A DNA stretch of 64,000 nucleotides from Klebsormidium nitens (Eukaryota; Plantae; Klebsormidiophyceae), in assembly GCA_000708835.1 (NCBI GenBank), contig DF237132.1, positions 93,424 through 157,423 on the forward strand, given 5' to 3'. The position numbers and the translations under genes are program-made. The number at the start of each line of letters is the position of its first letter. Position 1 is the first letter of the stretch. This document shows positions 36,793 through 51,533 of this stretch, piece after piece. A model generated the notes under the pieces. The model did not search any database. It was not told the origin of the DNA and saw nothing but the letters and a program-made list of their open reading frames with translations.

Positions 36793-37018
36793 GGGCGACT
36801 GTCGGCCCGTGCTGAAAGCAGGATATTGCGTGCCGCGAAGCTCCTAGCAGGAATTCGGTCTCATGGAAATTTGCTCACTTCACATACGAGCGCCGTCGAC
36901 TGCGCGGTGGTCGCGCTTGTTGCAAGAGTTCTGAATATTTGCTTGTCTACGTGCTTAATTGCGCCGGAGAATCGTGTTGCCGAAGCAGGCGAGGGGCTGA
37001 GCTCGCGCGGAGGGCCAT
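36793..37018 (-). pseudogene. Frameshifted 5' fragment of a third P-loop NTPase paralogue
   Basis: Begins ATG GCC CTC CGC GCG AGC TCA GCC CCT CGC CTG CTT CGG CAA like the intact copies. It then lacks about 10 nt (ttgcacaggc) and hits a TAG shortly after. Homology to exon 1 stops at ~36793 (after ...CAGCACGGGCCGACAGTCGCCCG). No NTPase exons follow. Confidence 0.85.
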
Positions 37019-37492
37019 GCTGATGAAGAGTTTGTTCAGATGCGAAAGCGCGAAATGTTCTTGGAAGAGCTTGAACGAGAGTCCAGCTTGAGCTGAATAT
37101 GAGGTGCGTCAGCTACTGACTTCGACATTCTTGATACGTCAAACCGCAAAGTGCGCGCCGGCGGATGTTGGCCGCGGCTCGGTGCGCCGGCCGCGCGGCC
37201 GCAATCAAGTCACGTACCGCCGAGGGTTTACAAGTTCAGGGTTTGGCCAGACTGGTACGCGGCCGCGCGCGACGGTAACGACACGAACTGTCTGGCAACT
37301 CGGCCTGTGCTGATCCGAATTGGGCCAGGATGGTGTCTCTGAGAGTCTCAAACAACTTTCATGACACATTCTTGAACGCCGCAGGTCTTGATTGTACGAA
37401 TAGCCTAGTCCCCACTCAACTGAAGAGATCTTTCCAGGGCAAGCGAAAGCTTTTGAGATTTCGCAAGCGTCCGGCGCGGTATAGACGTCACC

Positions 37493-37975
37493 ATGACGCT
37501 CTGGGGCGCCATCCTGAAAGCGCGCTCACGCGCTTCCAAGCCCCACGCATCTTACGAGCCGCCTGCAAGGCCTTGGTGGGCTGACGAGCGTCGGCTGCAC
37601 CTGACGGCCGCCACCTGTACCGCTTCCGCCGGCGCCAAGGTATTTGGCCGGAACCGGAACCGGACCCGGACCACGGCGGAACTCTTGGCGGAGATGCCGC
37701 TCTGCGAGCTCCAAGTTGCAGACCCGCAGAAGAAGAAGGCGGAAAGCGTCCCTCCCAAGGACGACATTTCATCTTCTGAGCCGGAGGACCAGTTCTTTCC
37801 GGTGTGTCTCTTGGGTGAAGGGCGCACTTCCTGCCAGCCGAACCTGGTCTGCAAACCCGGTAGCAAGTTCCGGGTGGTTTGGTTGGACGATCATGAGGAG
37901 CCGGGTCCAGATTACGGTGTCCAAATCGTTGGACAAGAGGTCACGATTAGCAAGTACGCATTCGTCCCGCTCTGA
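37493..37975 (+). CDS. Stand-alone NPL-domain protein, copy 3 (160 aa)
   Basis: MTLWGAILK...ERRLHLTAATC...FFPVCLLGEGRTSCQPNLVCKPGSKFRV...GVQIVGQEV. The ORF is intact. Confidence 0.72.
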   Translation: MTLWGAILKARSRASKPHASYEPPARPWWADERRLHLTAATCTASAGAKVFGRNRNRTRTTAELLAEMPLCELQVADPQKKKAESVPPKDDISSSEPEDQFFPVCLLGEGRTSCQPNLVCKPGSKFRVVWLDDHEEPGPDYGVQIVGQEVTISKYAFVPL

Positions 37976-39532
37976 GATTTACGAATTGTCGAACGAAAGG
38001 TGGGTATCAGAATCTGGAATGTAATTCTTTTGAATGACTCGGTTTTGAAGCGGTGTTGAAGCGCGTTTCTGTTGCAGAAAGAGACACAAACCGGAAAGAA
38101 GTCTGTTAAGATTGGATGATGCACCATCAAGCTCTCCTTTTGCATTATTTGAAATCACCTGATTCCCGTTGAGAGCAGATTAACCTGAGCTGATGATTAC
38201 ATTTTGAAAAGTCCGAAAGAGATACCACCAAGACAGAGGCTTGTTGAGACGACGGTGTTATGTCAGGGCCGGAATGCAAGCCCAAGACGTCAAAAGAAGC
38301 TGCCTTTGGCTGTATGACGTCCTGTCCACCGTATGCAGGCGGCCCTAGAGGTGAACTGACTGGAGCCCATTGAACGGGATGTCTCAATCTCGTATGAGCA
38401 GAAAGTGGCACGTCGAAGATAGTAGCAACGAGTAGATGTGCAACGAGCAGCGAAGCCAAAAACTTTGACACTTGGCATTTGACGATGGTCTCACTCTCGT
38501 GCTTTTCCTTGAAATTGCGCGGGGACGGAAGCGAGTTTATGATGCTATGGCCTTCACATACATTCGCTATCTAGCATGGATCCCTGGTCGGGGATGTCGC
38601 AGGACCGGAATTGGAAATTCTGTACATGGAGCAGTTGAATGGTCCTCGTAAAATGGGGCACGGAATCGATACACGTGCACAGTCTTAATCTGCTTTCGTA
38701 CTGATCCCGAACTCGTCAACATTGCCAACGCGTGGCTATCGAAGTCAGCTGCAGCGTAGGGAAGCGCGGCTTCAGATCAATGCAGTTCGGTTCAAAATCA
38801 GGGAAGGGAGACAAAAAACGACAAGAACAATGATGTTGGGGTATCACCATCTTCTTAAGCTTTTTCGGTTTATTTGCTGTTCATGATTGAGGAAGCAAAC
38901 TTCAGCAGCTACAATCCCAGGAGCGGGCCAGCGGATGCTGGCTTCGGCTTGGGGGCGGCCGTCGCATAGAGTCACGTACCGCTTGAGGGGTTGGGTTTTG
39001 ACCGGCACGAACCGGCAGCCGTGTACGGGAGACAAAGCGGAGTGTTCGGATTTCCAGGGCCAGCCAGATGTAGATGCACTTCCTATCGAAATTCAGTGCC
39101 CGGGAGACGGGTGGGAATTGGTCTGGGGTTTTATAGATGTCATAAGTTGCATAAGGTTCGGTGTTGCCTGCGGTCCATTTTTCTAGTCACATCATTGAAA
39201 CCTGACAGGACTAGAATACAGACAGCCTGTTCTGCTTCGATCCCAGCTAGTCACTTGACAGACCTGGACAGACAACCCTCATTCTCCGCCAAATTCAGTC
39301 ACATCATCAAGAGTTAGACAAGTGCTAGACAGACAGCCCCCCTTCACTCTCGCCGTCCTGGATCGGGCTCGCAGTCCTTGTCAGCGTTTAAAGGATTTGT
39401 GCACGAAGGGCTGACATATCTGCAGAAGGGTTCGTTACCTAGCTGCCACTCAACGCCACTCAACTGCAGCCATCTTTCCAGCGCAGGTTGTCAATCTTCT
39501 CATTCTTACTCTTTCCTCGTACTCAAAGAACC

Positions 39533-40006
39533 ATGACAGTCTGGGGCGCCCTTCTAAAAGTCCCCTCTCGCTACGCATCTTACGAGCCGCCAGGGGGGTG
39601 GTGGAATGACGAGCGTCGGTTGCACCTGACGTCCGTCACTTGTACTGCTTCCGCCGGCGCCAAGGCGTCTCCCCGGAACCGGAACATGGCGGAACTGTTG
39701 GCGGAGATGCCGCTTTGCGAGCTCCAAGTTGCAGATCCGGGGTTTGGCAAAGAAAAGGCCGCCACGAGCTATCCCAGGGACCGTCCATTTGCTGAGCCGG
39801 AGGAGCTGTTTCAGACGGTGTGTCTACTAGGCAAAGGGCGCACTTCCTGCCAGCCGAACCTGATCTGCGGACCGGGGAGCATGTTCCAAGTGGTCTGGTC
39901 GGACGATAATGAGAAGCCTGGTCATGATTACAAAGTCCACGTTGTGGGACACGAGCTCACAATCAAAAAGTACGGAAAGTACGGATCCGCATGCGTCCCC
40001 CTCTGA
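39533..40006 (+). CDS. Stand-alone NPL-domain protein, copy 4 (157 aa)
   Basis: MTVWGALLK...ERRLHLTSVTC...FQTVCLLGKGRTSCQPNLICGPGSMFQV...KVHVVGHEL. The ORF is intact; the ATG at 39533 is in the same context (aagaaccATG) as copy 2. Confidence 0.72.
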   Translation: MTVWGALLKVPSRYASYEPPGGWWNDERRLHLTSVTCTASAGAKASPRNRNMAELLAEMPLCELQVADPGFGKEKAATSYPRDRPFAEPEELFQTVCLLGKGRTSCQPNLICGPGSMFQVVWSDDNEKPGHDYKVHVVGHELTIKKYGKYGSACVPL

Positions 40007-41376
40007 AAGAGAGCCTTCCACGCGAAAGGTGGGCATCACAAAATGTATCCATTGCCATTTTCCTCCTGTTTTTTAAACGTGCTTAAGCTCGTTGCTGTTG
40101 CAGGAGAGACAGAACGGACAAGACTGTGACAAGACTTGCAGATCCGCGGCGGAACATTCTTCTAGGGTGATCTGAGTTTCTTGAACGCCAGCCAAGAGCA
40201 GGAATTACTGGGCTATTTGCACATTTACTGACGTATAACATTATCGTGATCGAGTGTATTGGAATGTTTGTGACAGAGCCGTGCGGCCGGGTCAAAGTGC
40301 AAGCCCGACGACATCAAGGATCCTGCCTTCTGTTGATGTGACGTGTTCTTCATGCAGGAATACGGCACATGCAAAACGGCCCTGGAATCGCTGGAGCCCA
40401 CAGGATATCTCAAGTCGGGTATGCTCATCGACAAAGTGGTCGGAAAGTGGCCGGTAGTAAAAATTCCCTTCATAGCGGCGGACGATTTCGGAGTGTTCCG
40501 GTTTAATTCCAGTTTAGCTAGTTTCCTGTACCTTGCGGAAAGACAGCAACCTTGTCTTTGGACATTTCAAAACCACAATACATACATCCGCCGTCTTGCA
40601 TTGTCGCTCCGGCTATTTCCGTTGCCGATATGCTCGCAAATCACCTGGCGGTGCAGGCTTAAGACACTCATGCACTCAAGAATGGAGCGTCGGACGGACA
40701 TAAGAATCCAACTTCCGTGATCAGGATGTCGTACTGATTCAGTCGACGACCGGTACTGATTCATGCAATAATTTGGAACTAAGTTCGTCAGCGTCGCTTA
40801 TATAATTACGCATAGGTGTCCATGCATAGATTTGCTGCGTGGCTGGCATCGCGGCAACATCGCGCGACTCTTGTGGACGTACAAGGGAATCGGTCTCGCT
40901 TACGATCCTTATACGCCGGCGGCGGGCTGGACAAAGATGTCTCAAGTTGGTCTCATGTGTCACGCATCATTCATTACATGGCTGGATCGCGCTTTTTGGC
41001 CTAGCAGTGACCAGCGCAATGAGTGACTGGACTGACATTCCAAGCGCAGCCATGCACCATGAGAGTAACTTTCAGAAACAACGCAGCCGGCCGCTCTGAC
41101 CACTTTATATTGAGCTTGATCGAGTGCGCCAAAAAGCTGAAAATGATGTTGTCAAACCAATTGGACATTTTCGAAGGCACCCTGTGACATGCGGTGTTAT
41201 CGAAGCTTCATGCAAAGCTCCGTGACTTGGACTTTTACCGGATCCTAAATGATCAAACACTGGACTGGACTTTGCGGATGGACTGCATGCTACAGCTGAG
41301 CTGTATAAGAAGACCTTAAATACAACACCCAAATAACAAAGTCTCGTGGCAGTGTCTCTACGACTGTATCGCTGCT

Positions 41377-47391
<6,015 letters not shown>

Positions 47392-48135
47392 CTTGCACGG
47401 CAGAGATCTGGCTTTCGAACTTCGATGGGGCAGGCCCTGTGTCTACAATCAAGCTCTCATAGTTTGTGATACATGCATGCTAAAGTGGGTGCTCCCCCTG
47501 TGGTGTACATAATCAAGGGCCACTGTGAAGATAACCAACCCAACCTTTCTTTTCTGATTGAAAAAGCTGTGCCTTGCAAAACCTGGCATTCATAAGCACG
47601 CACTTTCACGCACGTCCTTCTATCGTCCTTACAATCAAGACTTCATGGAGATTGTACTGGCAGAACTCAGATCGAAGTAGCTCCCCATAGCAGCGCCTCA
47701 TCGACCTTCGAACCACTTGCCAACCGTTCTCTGGCTGGCCTTCTCCAAAAAAGTTCCAACACATCTGTCGAGATGGTCGCCTGAACAGCAATGGCATAAA
47801 TCTGCAAAATCTTAGGTATGTTAGCTCAATATTCAGCGCCGTTCATGTTCAATTCCTAATTTCAGTGGTCAGCAGGCTGCAGCCCTTACAGCGGCGACCT
47901 GGGTGACCCCTTAAACATGTTCATGTCGCCAGCTTTGGCTCCATATCTGACCGGCTGACAAGAGTCGTATCATTTATTTGAGGGAATTGTGAAAAAGTCC
48001 AGCGAAATTTTAAGCCTGCTGACACATAATGTTGCTGACGTTGAAAGTGGTGGCAAAGAAACGGAGAAGCAAATTGGGTCCACATTGGCGTTGCAGTTTC
48101 ACCAAGTCGCATTGGATTGAGGGCTGGTTGGACGA

Positions 48136-48900
48136 GTGGCGGCTTTCAACATGTCTGCGGTGGCGAGGGGCATTCGTGTGGGGCTGAGTGGCCTGCGATG
48201 TGCACCTACGAGACTTGGGGGCTCGATTCAAAACTCCCCAACCGGCAGATGGGCCCTTCCACGCAGCCGGATCAGGCTCTCAGCTCCGCTCAAGTACAGA
48301 GTTCGCTGGTCTCGCAGAATTGCAGCACCCCCACCAAACCCCTGCCTTGCCCTCCCCCGCCGGCATGAATCAGTTCTCCCTACTCAATTCGAGTCGGTCA
48401 CCTTCAAAGGCACCCAAACGAAGAGGTCTCGGCCAAAGGTCGCCAGCCCTCAACAGTATGCGAGCACTAGCTGCGCCAGCGACTCGGAAACACATAGAAA
48501 AACGAAGAGGGAGACAAGCGTCCTGCTGCCAGGGCTGCCTCTGTTTGGAAACGCCTTAGATGATCCCTCCGGGCCTGGAAACGGCGTGGACTCCCTGGTC
48601 GGGGGTGCATGGCTGGAATTCTTCAGGCCGTGCGGGTGCTGGTTAGAAAGGGCATGCTTATGCATCATTCCAGCAGGTCCCGTGCGAGACCTTCCCCTCA
48701 ATGGGGATGACGAGGATGAGAACCTGGGGGATGCGCTGCCTCTGGGGGAGACTGTCATAACGTGTGCCACGCATGGGGATTTGGCACCATATGGTGAGTG
48801 GACAATCATCCTATGGTGTTTTAAGAATGCTTCTGAGGAGGCCCCAGGATTTTTGGTAATGGTTTCAGTCCAAGCAGGCAATTGTGTGATCAAAATTTGA
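48136..48900 (+). CDS. Hypothetical ORF (254 codons; first ATG at 48151), divergent from MNS1
   Basis: Long open frame with a transit-peptide-like start (MSAVARGIRVGLSGLRCAPTRL...) but no recognisable domain. It overlaps an antisense 208-codon ORF (48450-49076). Either or neither may be real. Confidence 0.25.
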   Translation: MAAFNMSAVARGIRVGLSGLRCAPTRLGGSIQNSPTGRWALPRSRIRLSAPLKYRVRWSRRIAAPPPNPCLALPRRHESVLPTQFESVTFKGTQTKRSRPKVASPQQYASTSCASDSETHRKTKRETSVLLPGLPLFGNALDDPSGPGNGVDSLVGGAWLEFFRPCGCWLERACLCIIPAGPVRDLPLNGDDEDENLGDALPLGETVITCATHGDLAPYGEWTIILWCFKNASEEAPGFLVMVSVQAGNCVIKI

Positions 48901-51533
48901 CAGCGGCGATCTCCGGAAGTGTCGGGCAATGCTGTGAGTGGGAGACCGTGTTTACCTTCACGCGTCTTGTTTTTGTTGAAGGCACTGCTTGGCAAAGTAA
49001 GAAGTGGTTGAAGCATAGGTGCTGAATAAACTTTTGCGATGGCGGCGTCATTTGCACCTGAAGTCAAGAGGAACAAGCATTTGGTAAAAGATCACCACCC
49101 CAGAGGTTTTTATGCTGATGGTATGCCTTTTTCAGCCAGGAAGAATGTTATACGTCACGCAGTCTGCTGCTTGTTCTTTCTTTCAATGATTACTCGCAAA
49201 TGTGGTCTTCTGACTTGCGTAATGGAGAGATTGAAGGGTGGTATATGTAGATTGAAAGCGTATCTTCACGTTCTGGTGCTTGACTACTTCATTGCTATGG
49301 TTGGCCAAGACGCTGGTTTCTGCATGCCAGCATATTAGAAATTATATTGTTCAATTTTGTTATCGTCTTGTGATGAAACGGAGCTAGAGGATTCAAACGT
49401 CGAAAGAGGTTCCATGTCTTCAAACGTCGAAAGAGGTTCCTTGTCCTGAAAGGCAGAGCATGCTTTACGAAGTAATGTAGAGGGTACTCGTCCTTCTTAC
49501 CGTGTAAATTCTACTTCAAAAGCATCATATGGTCATCGAGGTCGCTCGTGAGTCGGTCATGTAAATTTGCCTCCAGATTGCCGTCCAAGTGCCTCTCTAA
49601 TATGACAGGCAGCATATCTTGATTGAGTCTTGGAAAAGGTACCTTCTACGATGTGAGATAACGTGTTTGGAAAGCATCTATTTGTGGACTACATAGAAGA
49701 AAGCCGTTGACTATCTTCTAGCAGAGAGTCTTGGCTTGGCTGGATCCCCCTTGAGTCGCTGTTGGTTTTCACATTTGCGTGTTCCCAGAAGGATACTGGA
49801 TACTGAAAAATACCAGTAAGTAATTCCTCCCAGTTACAGGAATCTTGAACCAGTTTCTGTCGAAGAGTTGGGTTTCTTCGAACGAGTCAATTGGTTTCTG
49901 GCTTTTCCTTATACTTTTGTGTATCAGTAGACATGAAGTTCCTATCTTCGTGCCTTGTTTGCAGCTTGCTGTGCCACAGGAGCCTGATGCTCATGCCGGT
50001 GTCACATGTCAAACAAAATGAGAGCGAGGAAGTGTACATCGTAGTGAGTATAAACGAAAGCAACGGTCAAGAGTTTAGTCACCTGCAAGTAGCGAGGAAA
50101 GGTTACACTCTTGCTTCCTAGAAAACCGGCTTGAGAAACAAGAGCACAATAGATGGTGAAACCTCAAAAGGCAGCACCTAGTCCTGGTCATGCTCAGTTC
50201 AATGCTCGCTTTTTCATGGTCCGTGGCAAACCTCCTCTTTGGAGTTTGTCACATGTACATAGGGTACGTCACTAACACTGTCACGACTTGGGGTCAATGC
50301 TTAAACATAAATAAGGGCAAATAAGTATTTCCAGGCTTCATGGACTTCCTGGTTTGGACGTCACGTATCCATCTTTAGACAGCTTGTCCATCTTGCACAT
50401 GCGCTGCACAATGAATGACAAATCTAGGCAGAAACGACGACTTATGATGAGAATAATATGTTGTAACGCTCGTCCAACGTATGCCAGCACACGATCGCCA
50501 ACCCAGTCCTTCCATCAACCACGCTTCGTCAATCATGGGTTTCCCAATTTGTACATGGACGGCCATGGATAAGCCGTTGCCTCGGTTTGAACTCGATATA
50601 CCTAAAACTTGCATCATACTGCATGTTGATCTATATGCAGCCGCCAGTGCGCGGCTGGCACGTACATCAGTACAGTTATTGAATGACATTCAGCACCTGG
50701 TCAGATCTCACGCATTAGACAATCACGTCACTGGCTGGACGAGTTTAGTAGCTCACGCGAACTATGATACTACGTACCACTTTATGGAGCAGTGCATTGC
50801 AGTTAGTCATGGGTATGTATGTCTATACTCTAGAGGCGCAGATATCTCGATCATTTGAAATTATCCAGAAACAAGTGCACGTGCATGTCGCGATCCTCTG
50901 GTCGGATCGATTCCAATCACAAATTTTGAGAACTTATACGGGGCACAATTGGCGGTGCCAGGCAGAATTAAACAAGAACACTTCGCAATGACGGTATCTT
51001 CGTACAGATTCAAGGGAGCTGTTTGCGGGCCAATATGTCTCATTGAAACAATCGATCATTAACGATGTCAGGGTCTTTTGAAACACCAACCTACTCAGTA
51101 ACAGCTAAACACTTGTTGTAACAACTACGCGTGAAAGACTCGGAGTTCCTTACTTATCTTGAAAATAAACCAAATCGCAATGTTTGGAAGTACCTTCGTG
51201 GAGGGCCGCGAACATTCGAAATTAAGCCTAGCATACAACTCCAACTGATTCCCGTGAGCTTTTCAGTCGTTGCTTTTTGTCAGTGATTATTAGCCATTCT
51301 CCTCTGATCGAAACACTCTAGCTAGACCCATTGCCCCAATAGCGCCATACTCTGACGCAAAAAAGCCCAAGTGCCAGGCGACTTGCGAACTGGCCAAAGC
51401 CAAATGAAGTGAACCATTTACATTTTGGACTCTCGTGGAACCATGTAATGACATCAACGTCTATGATCTCTGCCCGTCATCAATTTTGTATCTCAAATTC
51501 GAAGACCCTCTTTTGACTGCGGTTTCTTATCCG

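Larger units (their letters stand above)
33540..40620. repeat. Second-level duplication: block [spacer-NPL1-NPL2-3' flank] ~33540-36700 repeated as [spacer-NPL3-NPL4-3' flank] ~37020-40620
   Basis: The flank upstream of NPL2 (35030-35580) aligns with the flank upstream of NPL4 (38990-39533). The flank upstream of NPL1 aligns with that of NPL3. 3' flanks containing gtgcaagcc(c)gacgac.tcaag..tcctgcctt recur at ~36340, ~38275 and ~40297. Confidence 0.85.

Noticed and set aside
34050-40006. Retrogene or viral origin of the single-exon NPL ORFs
   Set aside because: There is no poly(A) remnant or target-site duplication, conserved splice-like signals flank the CDS, and no viral hallmark genes are nearby.
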